From contig JBDRBB010000010.1 in assembly GCA_043823065.1 (NCBI GenBank), forward strand, positions 160,001-224,000: 64,000 nt of DNA, in the 5' to 3' direction. Source of the DNA: Pseudomonadota bacterium (lineage in GTDB: Bacteria > UBA10199 > 2-02-FULL-44-16 > DYJF01). Positions 10,211 through 20,077 of this stretch are shown here, piece by piece; the first letter of the stretch is position 1, and each line of letters starts with the position of its first letter. Below the pieces are notes generated by a model. The model ran no database searches. It saw nothing but the letters and a program-made list of their open reading frames with translations, and had not been told where the DNA came from. The translations under genes were made by a program, and so were the position numbers.

Positions 10211-11197
10211 CTACTTCTTCCAAGGCATAATCAATCTGGGGGTGTGTTTTTCAGGCACACCCTCTTTTTTTTCTAGATCTAGCGCAGCTGGCAAGGTTGG
10301 CGCCAGTTTTTGTTTAACCACCAGGCAATGATCTGCTGAATCATTTGGACAGCGGTCTTGCTCATCTGGAACCAAGTCACAGTCAGTATCTACAATGTAT
10401 TGAGGTGACCACCAGCAAATAGACACAGTATCTAGTTTGGGGCAGGCAGAAGCAGTCCAGGAAATTTTTTCTTCCCAACCATCATAATAATTTATTGCTG
10501 AATTTTTAAGGCCATTGCAATCATCATCAGGGCAGCCATTGTCAATTTCAGAACTTACTGATTGATCAAGACCCAAGCCAGCAACATAAGGACACCGATC
10601 ATATTCATCTCTTATGCCATCTTGATCATTGTCAATGATAGGACATCCCAGGTTTTCTTCAGGTCCTGCCTGAGTGAGGCAATTATCAATATAGTCGGCA
10701 ATACAGTCTCCATCGACATCGCCCAAGGTTACTTCACATGATTTAATATTTTTATCATTAGTATATTGAGGACAACCCATGTGTTCAATAGGGCCAGGCT
10801 TATCTAAACAATGATCAATATAATCTGGCGCGCAATCTCCGTCCTGATCATCTGGTTTGCTGGCACAGGGCAGACCCTTGTTTTCCTTTAAGCCAGGTTC
10901 TTTAGGATATTTATCTTCCTGATCAGACAGACAATCGCCATCATAATCTAGTCCTGGTTCAGGCAGGCAAGGGCAGCCTACATTCTTGATATCACCGATG
11001 ATTTTGGGACATCGGTCATAGATGTTAAGCATGCAATCCCCGTCAAAGTCTTCATCAGTTTGAAAACAGGTCTCAGTATTTTTGACAGTTGCATCGGATA
11101 TATCGGCAAGTTGTTTTAGGTTATAAGCAAGGCTAGAAAATGGAATTATTAAGCAAATTCCGATAGTTATGCTAAAAAAAACTACTTTCCAGCGCAT
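10211..11197 (-). CDS. Secreted thrombospondin type-3 (Ca-binding) repeat protein
   Basis: Signal peptide and repeated DxDGDC..D..D.CP...G....GCP. Confidence 0.8.
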   Translation of the reverse strand: MRWKVVFFSITIGICLIIPFSSLAYNLKQLADISDATVKNTETCFQTDEDFDGDCMLNIYDRCPKIIGDIKNVGCPCLPEPGLDYDGDCLSDQEDKYPKEPGLKENKGLPCASKPDDQDGDCAPDYIDHCLDKPGPIEHMGCPQYTNDKNIKSCEVTLGDVDGDCIADYIDNCLTQAGPEENLGCPIIDNDQDGIRDEYDRCPYVAGLGLDQSVSSEIDNGCPDDDCNGLKNSAINYYDGWEEKISWTASACPKLDTVSICWWSPQYIVDTDCDLVPDEQDRCPNDSADHCLVVKQKLAPTLPAALDLEKKEGVPEKHTPRLIMPWKK

Positions 11198-11234
11198 GTA
11201 CCCCCCTGCCTAAAATCTACCACTATGTATTAGA

Positions 11235-11249
11235 GCAAAAAGGGTGCCA
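11235..11249 (-). promoter_or_regulatory. Sigma54 promoter
   Basis: Minus strand TGGCAC-CCTTT-TTGC upstream of 11197. Confidence 0.75.
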
Positions 11250-11270
11250 GATTATCTCACTCAATTATTT

Positions 11271-11423
11271 CTGATTGCTCTCGAGGTTAGTAGGTTTTGG
11301 GTACGGCTGCGTTTTTGGTTACGCCCAAAAACTTGCCTCTGTCTCTTGGCGAGCGTGGTATCATAAGCATAGATACGCTCGCCAGCGAGATGCCCCAAAA
11401 CCTACTAACCTCTGCGCAATCAG
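11271..11423. repeat. Long branched palindromic element (E1)
   Basis: GAGGTTAGTAGGTTTTGGG / CCCAAAACCTACTAACCTC perfect 19-bp stem plus internal hairpins. Confidence 0.75.
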
Positions 11424-11433
11424 TATATTAATA

Positions 11434-11654
11434 TTGCCTCAAATGTTTGGTGGTTCTGAGGTGTTTGTCCGAAAAACAGACAGCTGAGTGCCATATTTGC
11501 GCATTCATCCCCGGTAGAGTATTGGATACGGAGATAAGGCTACCTTATGGATGGGCACACAAAAGCTGGACGAAATCTCGGCAAATTTGAGCATCAGATG
11601 TCTGGGCTTGAGGACTATTAATCACCTCAGAACTACCAAACATTTTAGTGGCAG
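11434..11654. repeat. Long inverted-repeat-bounded element (E2)
   Basis: AAATGTTTGGTGGTTCTGAGGTG / CACCTCAGAACTACCAAACATTT. Confidence 0.7.
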
Positions 11655-11684
11655 TTGTAGATTTAGCGAAGGGGTTTTAGTTTA

Positions 11685-12773
11685 TTAGGGTAAGCTAATT
11701 ACTGCAGGTTCATAATCAAACCGGGGACGGATGAAAATAAAAGAGGGGTGGCCATCTTCATAGGTCCAGACATCATCCACAATTACAATTTGTACAGGTG
11801 CAAAAGCTGGAAAATCAATATCAGCTACGCCTGTGGCCAAAGGCATTTCAGTAGTAGCGCTGGCCAGGGCCCCGGCAATAATTGTCCATTGTTCTTCAGT
11901 TGGAGAGCGAAAACCAAAAGCACCTTGAGTTGGATCATTTACATCATTGGCATAAATATCTGCTGCAGTTAGTACAGCCTGATCATAAGCAATTAATAAA
12001 TCTTGGGTTAAAAAATTGCGATCTTGGGCATTGGAAAAAAGTTCATAATTTGGATCATAAGTATTTGTGGGTGAGAATTGATTGGGAGCTAAAATAACCG
12101 CATTATAATGAGAAGGTATTGGATCCAAATCATAAGTTGCAGCATCAGCGTTAAAAAGAGCTGGGTTGTCAGCATCTTCAATCATGGCAATGCGGTTGTT
12201 AATGACCGAGCCTAAGGCATCTGCAGTCGGGCTGGTGCTATTTAAGGTTACAGTGTTAACTTCAGCATCTAAAGTTGCTTCATCATTTATCTGGGTTTGT
12301 GCTTCTGCTAATAAAATTTGGATAAGATTTTGGGGCGGAATGATAACTTCATAAGTTTTACTTAGAGCCACGCCATCTAATAAGCAGGTAATAGTGGTTA
12401 TGCCTTCTTCCAATGGGATAATTCGCACGCCCGCACCTTGGCTAAAACTATCAAAGCCTGGGCGGGGTTCAAAGCCCACAATATCTTCACTGGCCACGCA
12501 ATTTAGATCTCGCTCAGATGTATCTAAAAGTTCACCATTATCATCATATAACACTAATTCATCTCGGCCTGGAGCAACTCCACCTAAGGCCAGAGAAAAA
12601 AGAGCAGTTGGCTCAATAGCCCTATTTTCTGCAGCTTCATCATCATCTCCTCCACCACCACCAATGCCAAAAAAAGATAAAGGCGAAAAACACGAAGTAA
12701 AAATTAAAGGCAGAACCAGCAAAACTAGTAAATAAGACTTTTTCAGGCGCATATCGCTAACAAATAACAGCAT
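11685..12773 (-). CDS. Lipoprotein with a SleB/Hydrolase_2-like cell-wall hydrolase domain (start may be 12752)
   Basis: Lipobox IFTSC; LLAEA...VINNR...VILAPNQFSP...DPTQGA resembles the Hydrolase_2 motif order. Confidence 0.6.
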   Translation of the reverse strand: MLLFVSDMRLKKSYLLVLLVLPLIFTSCFSPLSFFGIGGGGGDDDEAAENRAIEPTALFSLALGGVAPGRDELVLYDDNGELLDTSERDLNCVASEDIVGFEPRPGFDSFSQGAGVRIIPLEEGITTITCLLDGVALSKTYEVIIPPQNLIQILLAEAQTQINDEATLDAEVNTVTLNSTSPTADALGSVINNRIAMIEDADNPALFNADAATYDLDPIPSHYNAVILAPNQFSPTNTYDPNYELFSNAQDRNFLTQDLLIAYDQAVLTAADIYANDVNDPTQGAFGFRSPTEEQWTIIAGALASATTEMPLATGVADIDFPAFAPVQIVIVDDVWTYEDGHPSFIFIRPRFDYEPAVISLP

Positions 12774-12825
12774 TTACCTAATTTAGCAAGATGAACATTC
12801 CAGCTGCTTACAGCGAATTTTGTTC

Positions 12826-13033
12826 GACCATGCATCAATTGGCTCTCGGCGAAATGGATAACAAGGAGTAATGTAGCAGTAGCTCTCGACCAGGTCTTCT
12901 CACCTCCCTCAAGCTAACACGAGACTATTAGTAGCTTGGGAGTTGACGGTCCGGATTCGAAGACCTGCTCTACGCCACTGCTACATTACAATATATCCAC
13001 CACATTCCGCCTGAGCCAATTGCCACATGGGTC
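12826..13033 (-). ncRNA. Rod-shaped structured element (E3), core 12868-12989, homologous to 30788-30902
   Basis: Nested inverted repeats; conserved loops and compensatory stem changes versus the second copy. Strand assigned only by orientation to that copy. Confidence 0.5.
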
Positions 13034-13062
13034 TCGCATCATGTTATGATAAGTGTTATGTA

Positions 13063-13288
13063 TGTTAAAATTCCCGCAGGAGACAAGGTTTTCAAAGCTA
13101 TTTTAGGCGCGCGCTTACGAAATAAGGGCGTATGAAGAGTTAAAATAGCGACTGTTTTTGCGAGTTAAAGGCTGACAGCGGCAAGACATTTAACTCGCGT
13201 ATTTAAAAACAGCGCTATTTTAACGATGAATAGCCCGGTTGAGTGCGCCAGCTTTGAAGACCTTGTCTCCGAGAGGGAATTTTAAACA
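13063..13288. repeat. Long rod-like hairpin element (E4) upstream of hisS
   Basis: GGAGACAAGGTTTTCAAAGCT / AGCTTTGAAGACCTTGTCTCC, GTTAAAATAGCG / CGCTATTTTAAC, GCGAGTTAAA / TTTAACTCGC nested stems. Confidence 0.75.
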
Positions 13289-13349
13289 AACTTCTGCTTC
13301 GTTGGTACGCATTGACAATAGTGTTACTCAAAAGGTATATATTTTTGCT

Positions 13350-14633
13350 ATGGCTAACCCTAAGAAATTTCAGGCAATCCGCGGCATGTCCGATATTTTA
13401 CCACCAGCAAGTGCTTTGTGGCATAAGGTTGAAGAAGCTGCGCACCAGATCTTTGGCTGCTATGGTTATGATGAGATACGCACCCCTATTTTAGAACCTA
13501 CAGATCTTTTTGTGCGCACCGTAGGTGAATCCACAGCAATTGTGGAAAAAGAGATGTATAGTTTTGAAGACAAGGGTGGTGATCATCTGTCTTTACGTCC
13601 TGAAGCAACAGCTTCAGTTGTGCGCGCTTATATTCAATCTGGCCAGGCTAGCTTTGATCCTGTGGCCAGGTATTATTACAAAGGACCCATGTTTCGGCGC
13701 GAACGCCCGCAAAAAGGCCGCCAACGCCAGTTTTATCAAATTGGTGTTGAATTATTTGGTGTGGAAGATCCCCTGGCTGATGTAGAAGTAATTTCAACTT
13801 TTACCAATTTGCTTCAAGAATTAAAATTGGAAGATGTGAAGTTAGAACTTAACTCCATTGGTTGTAACCAGTGCCGGCCAAAGTATAACCAAGATTTAAT
13901 AGATTATTTGCATAAGCATAAAGATGCTTTGTGTGAAGATTGTAATCGCCGTATTGAACGCAACCCCATGCGAGCCTTTGATTGTAAAAATCAGCATTGT
14001 GGAGAAAAATTAAATAACGCCCCTAAAATCAGTAGATATTGGTGTGAACCGTGCAGCACGCATTTTGCAGGTGTGCAGCAAGGTTTGAAACAATTAAAAA
14101 TTTCTTTTGAGCTTAATGAAAAAATTGTGCGTGGCCTAGATTACTACATTCGCACGGCCTTTGAATTTACCACAGATAAGTTGGGCGCCCAAAGCGCAAT
14201 TGCCGCAGGCGGACGTTATGATGGTTTAGTAAAAGAATTGGGCGGCCAAGATGTGCCAGGTGTGGGCTATGCCATTGGCCTGGAGCGTTTACTATTATTA
14301 TTGGGAGATAACGCCCAAAAAGAGGCAGCTAGCAAAGCTGTGATTTATTTTGCCGTGTTGGGCCAAAAACCAGCTCAGGAAATTTTAAAAACCATTCAAC
14401 TTTTGCGCAAAGCTGGAGTGCGCGTGGAATGGGATTTTGGCGCCAAATCCTTAAAGGCCCAAATGCGGCGGGCAGATAGATTAGGGGCAAGTTCTGTGGT
14501 TATTGTGGGAGAGGATGAGTTGGCTAAGGGGCAAGTTGTGGTGAGAGATATGAATACCAAGGAGCAACAGGAAGTCATGCTTGAGGATTTAACAAAATAT
14601 TTTTTACAAGGATGCCCAAAACACGCGTCTTGA
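13350..14633 (+). CDS. hisS: Histidine--tRNA ligase
   Basis: RGMSD, KEMY, LRPEATA, FRRERPQKGRQRQFYQ, RGLDYY, GGRYD. The likely start is ATG 13350; the longer ORF runs into hairpin E4. Confidence 0.96.
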   Translation: MANPKKFQAIRGMSDILPPASALWHKVEEAAHQIFGCYGYDEIRTPILEPTDLFVRTVGESTAIVEKEMYSFEDKGGDHLSLRPEATASVVRAYIQSGQASFDPVARYYYKGPMFRRERPQKGRQRQFYQIGVELFGVEDPLADVEVISTFTNLLQELKLEDVKLELNSIGCNQCRPKYNQDLIDYLHKHKDALCEDCNRRIERNPMRAFDCKNQHCGEKLNNAPKISRYWCEPCSTHFAGVQQGLKQLKISFELNEKIVRGLDYYIRTAFEFTTDKLGAQSAIAAGGRYDGLVKELGGQDVPGVGYAIGLERLLLLLGDNAQKEAASKAVIYFAVLGQKPAQEILKTIQLLRKAGVRVEWDFGAKSLKAQMRRADRLGASSVVIVGEDELAKGQVVVRDMNTKEQQEVMLEDLTKYFLQGCPKHAS

Positions 14634-14677
14634 ACATTTGAAATTGTTTAGAAATTAGATATTAGTGCTTAGGATTT
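14630..14677. repeat. AT-rich palindromic element, right-half fragment
   Basis: TTGAACATTTGAAATTGTTTAGAAATTAGATATTAG matches the right arm of 7902-8038. Confidence 0.65.
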
Positions 14678-14686
14678 GAGGTAAAT

Positions 14687-16444
14687 ATGCAGCGAACACA
14701 CACCTGCGGTGAATTAACCGCAAATCAAGAAGGATCCCAGGTTGTTTTAACTGGCTGGGTGCATTCCAGGCGCGACCTGGGAGGGCTTACCTTTATTGGT
14801 CTGCGCGACCGTTATGGTATCACTCAAGTAGTGATTAACCCTGAAAAAGCCTCAAAAGAAGTCTGTAAATTAGCTGGCGAGCTTCGGTTTGAATATGTGC
14901 TAAGGATTAAAGGCCAAGTTGCTAAGCGACCTGCTGGCCAAGAAAACAAGACCATGCCTACAGGTGAAATCGAGGTCGATATAGATGAGTTGGAAATTCT
15001 CAATAAATCTAAAACGCCGCCATTTTTGGTTGAAGATGAATCAGCTGCTTCAGAAGATATACGCCTAAAATATCGCTATCTGGATTTGCGTCGGCCAACA
15101 TTGCAAAAAATATTAAAAATTAGGCACCAAGCGGCCCAGGTTGCTCGGGAATATTTAAATCAGCAAAACTTTTTAGAAATTGAAACACCCCTGCTTAATA
15201 AGAGCACTCCAGAAGGAGCGCGCGATTATCTGGTTCCTTCCAGAATTCAGAAAGGCAATTTTTATGCCCTGCCTCAGTCGCCCCAGATTTTTAAGCAGCT
15301 GCTGATGATCTCTGGTTTTGATCGTTACTATCAAATTGTAAAATGCTTTAGGGATGAGGATTTGCGGGCAGATCGCCAGCCAGAATTTACCCAAATAGAT
15401 ATTGAAGCTTCATTTATAGATCGCAAATTTATTTACAATTTAATTGAAGGTCTTTTAGCTCAAGTGTTTCAAAAGGTTTTAGGTGTAAATATCAAAACTT
15501 CTTTTGATCGCATATCTTATGCAGAGGCCATGGCTCATTACGGAACTGATCGACCTGATCGACGCATTCCTTGGAAGCTCTCAACAGTAACTGACCTTTT
15601 TCAAAAATCGGAATTCAAGGTCTTTGCTGATGCTGCTGTTTCAGGCAAGCGCATCAAGGGTTTTGCTGTGAGCGATCAAGAGTTATCTCGCAAGCAAATT
15701 GACGAGCTTTCCGAGTTTGTCAAAAAATATGGAGCCAAAGGCTTGGCTTGGATAAAAGTAGGTCCAGATAAGTGGCAATCTCCAATTGCCAAGTTTTTAA
15801 GTGAAGCAGAAAAACAAGCTTTAACCAAAGCCATGGAACTTAAAAACGGCGATACAGTTTTTATTGTAGCAGATGAACCCAAGATTGTAGATGATGCTTT
15901 GGGAAATCTGCGCGTGCATTTAGGTAAACAATTAGGTTTGGTTGATGAAAAACGCTTAGATCTTTTGTGGGTCACGGATTTTCCGCTGCTGGCTTGGAGC
16001 CCAGAAGAGAAACGCTATGTTGCTTGTCATCATCCATTTACTTCACCCCATCCTGATGATCTTCATTTGCTAGACAGTCACCCAGAACAAGTGCGTGCCT
16101 TGGCTTATGATGTAGTCCTAAATGGCAGTGAGATTGGTGGTGGCTCGATTAGAATTCACAATAGTGATTTACAATCAAAAGTATTTAAGGTTCTGGGCAT
16201 TTCTGAAAAAGACGCAAAAGTTAAATTTGGTTTTCTTTTAGATGCCTTGCAATACGGTGCTCCACCTCATGGTGGTATTGCTTTGGGTTTTGATAGATTG
16301 GTTATGCTCTTGGCTGGAACAGAGTCTATACGAGATGTAATTGCTTTTCCCAAAACAGCGTCAGCAGCTTGCTTAATGAGTGGTTCGCCTTCAGAAGTAG
16401 CAACAATTCAGCTTGAGGAGTTAGGCTTACAATTAAAAAAATGA
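14687..16444 (+). CDS. aspS: Aspartate--tRNA ligase (bacterial type with GAD domain)
   Basis: [59 protein letters not shown]. Confidence 0.96.
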   Translation: MQRTHTCGELTANQEGSQVVLTGWVHSRRDLGGLTFIGLRDRYGITQVVINPEKASKEVCKLAGELRFEYVLRIKGQVAKRPAGQENKTMPTGEIEVDIDELEILNKSKTPPFLVEDESAASEDIRLKYRYLDLRRPTLQKILKIRHQAAQVAREYLNQQNFLEIETPLLNKSTPEGARDYLVPSRIQKGNFYALPQSPQIFKQLLMISGFDRYYQIVKCFRDEDLRADRQPEFTQIDIEASFIDRKFIYNLIEGLLAQVFQKVLGVNIKTSFDRISYAEAMAHYGTDRPDRRIPWKLSTVTDLFQKSEFKVFADAAVSGKRIKGFAVSDQELSRKQIDELSEFVKKYGAKGLAWIKVGPDKWQSPIAKFLSEAEKQALTKAMELKNGDTVFIVADEPKIVDDALGNLRVHLGKQLGLVDEKRLDLLWVTDFPLLAWSPEEKRYVACHHPFTSPHPDDLHLLDSHPEQVRALAYDVVLNGSEIGGGSIRIHNSDLQSKVFKVLGISEKDAKVKFGFLLDALQYGAPPHGGIALGFDRLVMLLAGTESIRDVIAFPKTASAACLMSGSPSEVATIQLEELGLQLKK

Positions 16445-16449
16445 AGTTG

Positions 16450-16522
16450 AGCCGCCCAACGGAGTCGAACCGTTGACCTAGTGATTACGAATCACTCGCT
16501 CTGCCAACTGAGCTAGGGCGGC
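16450..16522 (-). tRNA. tRNA-Thr (CGT)
   Basis: GCCGCCC acceptor stem, TAGCTCAGTTGG D-arm, AGTGA-TT-CGT-AA-TCACT anticodon arm, GGTTCGACTCC T-arm; no encoded CCA. Confidence 0.93.
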
Positions 16523-16554
16523 AAATCCGCCTAAGGGGCAGCCCTACAATTTTG

Positions 16555-16639
16555 TGCCGGGAGAGGGAGTTGAACCCTCACGAGCCGTAAGACTCGGCAG
16601 ATTTTGAGTCTGCTGCGTCTGCCATTCCGCCACCCCGGC
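16555..16639 (-). tRNA. tRNA-Leu (CAA)
   Basis: GCCGGGG acceptor, GCAGA-CT-CAA-AA-TCTGC anticodon arm, long variable arm, GGTTCAACTCC. Confidence 0.93.
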
Positions 16640-16685
16640 TTGTTTGCCCTTTGATTGCACATCTTGCCCCTAATTGTCAATATTC

Positions 16686-16714
16686 TTGCCTCCCTACCCC
16701 TGATCGCGTATAAT
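16686..16714 (+). promoter_or_regulatory. Sigma70-like promoter for the T3SS chaperone-sctJ genes
   Basis: TTGCCT-N17-TATAAT. Confidence 0.55.
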
Positions 16715-16767
16715 ACAAAAATATTTAATTTGAAATTTAGTGCTTTTGACTGTTTTTAGGGGGGAAC

Positions 16768-17199
16768 ATGATCAACATAGACCGCAAAAACTTAGTAATT
16801 ATGATGGAGGCGGGCTACATTTATATGGGTATGCAGCGTTTTAAAGAAGCCTATAATATATTTAAAGGAGTTGCTGTGCTGGCCCCAGATAGTGAAATAC
16901 CTATTGTTGCTTTAGGAGGAATAGATTTTTGTTTAGGCAAGTTTCAAAATGCCTTAAAATGGTATAAACAAGCCTTAAAGCTTGATCCCGAAAGTGTCTT
17001 TGCCAAGGTTTATTTGGGTGAAACCCTGTTTTTTATAGGTAAGAAAAAAGAGGCAATTAAACTCTTAGAAGAAGTGAGCAAAAAAGACGCTAAAGGTGGA
17101 GCTGGTGAATTTGCCCGTTCCTTTTTAGATGCCATCAATCAAGGCTTTACCCCTGAAATGATCAAAGACATGCGTAACGCCAAAAAGAGGAAAGTATGA
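16768..17199 (+). CDS. TPR protein, SycD/LcrH-like type III secretion chaperone candidate
   Basis: 143 aa with three TPRs, translationally coupled to sctJ. Confidence 0.65.
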   Translation: MINIDRKNLVIMMEAGYIYMGMQRFKEAYNIFKGVAVLAPDSEIPIVALGGIDFCLGKFQNALKWYKQALKLDPESVFAKVYLGETLFFIGKKKEAIKLLEEVSKKDAKGGAGEFARSFLDAINQGFTPEMIKDMRNAKKRKV

Positions 17200-18140
17200 A
17201 ATTAGCCACCTTTTTATTAAGCTTAATTATTATAACCTGTTTGTTTGTTACTACAGGTTGCCAAAAAGTCGCTCTATACTCAGACCTGTCTGAAGAAGAT
17301 GTAAATGAGATGTTGGTACTCTTAAGTGAAAATGGCATTGATGCTAAAAAGCAAAAAGAGGTGCGCCAAAACGATGTCTTTTGGAGCATAGCAGTTAGTG
17401 AAGCTGAAATGAACAAAGCTCGTTCTTTGCTTATGCAACACAATTTGCCGCGTAAACGAGAGCTAGGTTTAACCGGCATTTACAAGGAAAAAGCTTTAAT
17501 TCCCACCCCAGATGAACAAAAAGCCCGCTATATTTTGGCCTTAAAAGGGGAAATTATTAATTCTTTAGAAAGATTAGGTAGTGTAGTAGATGCAGATGTA
17601 GTCTTAAATGTGCCCACCAAAGACGAGTTTGCCACTGAAGAAGAAAAAATGACCAAAAGGCCAACCGCTTCGGTTATTGTGAAATTAATCCCGCCAGCTG
17701 CTGGTCAAGAACCTTTAACAGAAGCTAAAATTCAGCGCTTTGTAGCAAATGCTGTAGAAAATATGAATGCCAGGGACGTTACAGTGATCATGAGTTATCT
17801 TACAACTGATAAGCGTCAGCAAATTAGACCAGGGGAAGTTGCCAGTATTACTGGTTCTCCATCTGGGGTTCAGGCGCCTCTTATTTTTGAAGATGAATTA
17901 GTTGGGTTGAAATTAGATGAAGCTTCAAAAAAGAGGTTAAAGATTTATCTTTTGATATTTTTTCTTTTGCTAATCTTGTTATCAACAGGGCTTATCGTCA
18001 CTATTGTTCAAGCCAGTAGGACAAGGCGCAAACTAGCAGAAATTAAACAACATGGAGGGACATATCCTGCTATTGAAGGCCAGGTAATGCATGAAGGGCC
18101 TCCTCGTTTAGAGGGTACAGATCAGCAAAATGAGCTGTAG
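17196..18140 (+). CDS. sctJ: Type III secretion inner-membrane ring lipoprotein (YscJ/EscJ family)
   Basis: Lipobox TTGC; LYSDLSEEDVNEMLVLLSENGIDA; LIPTP.EQKAR; PTASV; FVANAV; C-terminal TM helix. Short length and lipobox argue against FliF. Confidence 0.88.
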   Translation: MKLATFLLSLIIITCLFVTTGCQKVALYSDLSEEDVNEMLVLLSENGIDAKKQKEVRQNDVFWSIAVSEAEMNKARSLLMQHNLPRKRELGLTGIYKEKALIPTPDEQKARYILALKGEIINSLERLGSVVDADVVLNVPTKDEFATEEEKMTKRPTASVIVKLIPPAAGQEPLTEAKIQRFVANAVENMNARDVTVIMSYLTTDKRQQIRPGEVASITGSPSGVQAPLIFEDELVGLKLDEASKKRLKIYLLIFFLLLILLSTGLIVTIVQASRTRRKLAEIKQHGGTYPAIEGQVMHEGPPRLEGTDQQNEL

Positions 18141-18160
18141 AGGTGTTTTTGGCAGAATCA

Positions 18161-18227
18161 GGATTGCTTGAAAAATGCAATAAATTGCATTTTTTAAGCA
18201 ACTTTAGCCTTCTAACAAACCGATAAT
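18161..18227 (+). promoter_or_regulatory. Sigma28-like promoter with upstream palindromic operator (P1)
   Basis: GGATTGCT-N28-AGCAACTTT-N15-CGATAAT; the motif recurs at four sites upstream of Lys-free genes. Confidence 0.65.
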
Positions 18228-18264
18228 ACTAATAGAGGAATAATAGCTTTAAAAAGAGGTAAAA

Positions 18265-18687
18265 GTGCATTTCCAAACAGTACAACCAGAATTAATCAAA
18301 TATGAAATGAGGATGGTGCAAGGGGTTGATCCTCATGTCAAAGAGCAAAAAAAGCCAGGATTTTTTGGTAGATTGCTCTCAGGTGTAGGCAAGGTTTTAG
18401 GTGCAGCTGCCATGCCCTTGTCTTTTATTTTTCCGCCTGCAGCTATTGGTGCCGCAGGTATGTACGGAATTGGACAAATTGGCGACATGATGCAAACCAA
18501 AGCAGCTCAAAAACAGATGGAGCAAATGCAAAAACAACAACACACCAATGTTTCTTTTCCTGGTTTAGAAATTGGAGACTCTCAAGTTAGGCCCGCTGGT
18601 TTTGATCTTTCAGCACAGGATGAACAAGTAATGAATGTCTTGTTTGCCAGAAACAGGTCAATGAATGAAATGGCCCAGTCAATTTGA
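18265..18687 (+). CDS. Putative T3SS-secreted or translocator-like protein
   Basis: Gly/Ala-rich amphipathic-hydrophobic core (GFFGRLLSGVGKVLGAAAMPLSFIFPPAAIGAAG) followed by a Q/M coiled coil; no signal peptide; downstream of sctJ. Confidence 0.5.
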   Translation: MHFQTVQPELIKYEMRMVQGVDPHVKEQKKPGFFGRLLSGVGKVLGAAAMPLSFIFPPAAIGAAGMYGIGQIGDMMQTKAAQKQMEQMQKQQHTNVSFPGLEIGDSQVRPAGFDLSAQDEQVMNVLFARNRSMNEMAQSI

Positions 18688-18694
18688 GGTAATT

Positions 18695-19027
18695 ATGGTT
18701 GATAAGATTCGGCGCATAAGAGACGATAATATCACTGCCCAAGATGTGGCTGAGATAAAAAAAGGTGAATCAGACAGCAGTTCTGAAGCAGATGAATCTA
18801 GCTATGTTGATGGTAACAGCTTACCCAACATTTTTAGGCAATCAAATACCAGACGTTTTGCTCATTTAACTTCCAAAGAAGAACGTGAAATAGACGAAGA
18901 TTTGCAACCATTGGCTGGCGCTATTGCTCTCTACAATAGCGATGAAACCTGTGAAGATTTGCCGATGAATGAATTTGTTTGCCTAGTAGTAGAGCTAGAA
19001 GAAGCCCGTCGTTCCCACAAATTATAA
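18695..19027 (+). CDS. Hypothetical acidic protein, same operon
   Basis: GAGG RBS and ATG at 18695. Confidence 0.55.
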   Translation: MVDKIRRIRDDNITAQDVAEIKKGESDSSSEADESSYVDGNSLPNIFRQSNTRRFAHLTSKEEREIDEDLQPLAGAIALYNSDETCEDLPMNEFVCLVVELEEARRSHKL

Positions 19028-19110
19028 TCTTTCCTTTAGACGCCTTGCAGCATAATACATTGTCGCACTGCATATTGGATTTCACATCAATGTTGATAAG
19101 TTTTATTCTT

Positions 19111-20073
19111 ATGAAAATTAAAAATATAACTTGGATTATGCTTTTGCTCATTTTTGCTGCTTGTAGCAAAAATAGTGCTAATCCTGAATTTGTGACTGAA
19201 ACGACCGATACGCCAACCAGCGCTATTAACGAGCGTTTAGCTGAACAAACCGGACTTAAACATTTTATTTATCATGTAGGCCCAGTTGATCTACCTGCGC
19301 ATACTAATTTAACAGATGCCCTAGAAAACCCTTTGGTCATGAGCTTTCACGTAGATCAGCCTTTGTGGATCATTGGTTTTAAACCTAAAGTTATTGATGC
19401 CTCTGGTGAGGAACTTCCTTCAGATTTGTTATTTCACGCCATAGTTTCTAATGAACATGAAGAAAATCCTCTTTGTGAAACTGATGCTGTAGCTAATCCT
19501 TTTGTTGTGGCCAATTCCACGTTAACTGAAATAGCCTTTCCTAAAGGATATGGCTATGCAGTTTTATCTACTGATTCATTAATCGCTGAAGTTGTTTTAT
19601 ATAACACTAGCAATATTAGTTATATTGATGTTTCTTTTGAATTAGATGTAGTGGCCAAAGAAATGAATGAGTATGCTGGATTAAAGGATGTAAAACCGCT
19701 TTTGCTAGATGTTGATCCCTGTACTCATCAGCCTCTTCAAATTCAACCAGAAGAATTTACTGAAAGACAAATTAGTTTTCCTGTGCCTGCTCCAGGAAAT
19801 TTGCTAATTGGCCAAGGCATTATGCAACGATTTGCTTCTTTTATTGAATTATTTAAAAATTCAGACCCAACTTCTTTTTGGCGGGCCGAAGCTTATCTAG
19901 ATGAAAATCACTATATTGAAGAATTGATCGGCAATCCATTTGAAGATCCTGCTGGCGTAGAATTTAAGGAAGATGACGAACTCACCTTAAAAGTTGGTTA
20001 TGAAAATACCAGCGGAAATTGGTATAAAGGCGCTAGTGCTGCAGCCATGGTCTATTTTGCCATAGATAATTAA
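19111..20073 (+). CDS. Lipoprotein, beta-sandwich (distant copper type II monooxygenase-like?)
   Basis: Lipobox FAAC after MKIKN. The fold guess is weak and the His ligands are mostly absent. Confidence 0.55.
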   Translation: MKIKNITWIMLLLIFAACSKNSANPEFVTETTDTPTSAINERLAEQTGLKHFIYHVGPVDLPAHTNLTDALENPLVMSFHVDQPLWIIGFKPKVIDASGEELPSDLLFHAIVSNEHEENPLCETDAVANPFVVANSTLTEIAFPKGYGYAVLSTDSLIAEVVLYNTSNISYIDVSFELDVVAKEMNEYAGLKDVKPLLLDVDPCTHQPLQIQPEEFTERQISFPVPAPGNLLIGQGIMQRFASFIELFKNSDPTSFWRAEAYLDENHYIEELIGNPFEDPAGVEFKEDDELTLKVGYENTSGNWYKGASAAAMVYFAIDN

Positions 20074-20077
20074 GAGC

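Noticed and set aside
12826..13033. 6S RNA or SRP RNA identity for the rod-like hairpin near hisS-aspS
   Set aside because: The size fits 6S, but a homologous core recurs at 30788, neighbouring hairpins share its loop motif, and I see no SRP domain IV signature. It is left unassigned pending an Rfam search.
13239..13349. N-terminal extension of HisS in the ORF track
   Set aside because: It derives from the arm of hairpin E4; HisS homology starts near ATG 13350.
16450..19027. tRNA-anchored genomic island carrying the T3SS genes
   Set aside because: The genes lie on the 5' side of the tRNAs; there is no integrase and no duplicated tRNA 3' end.
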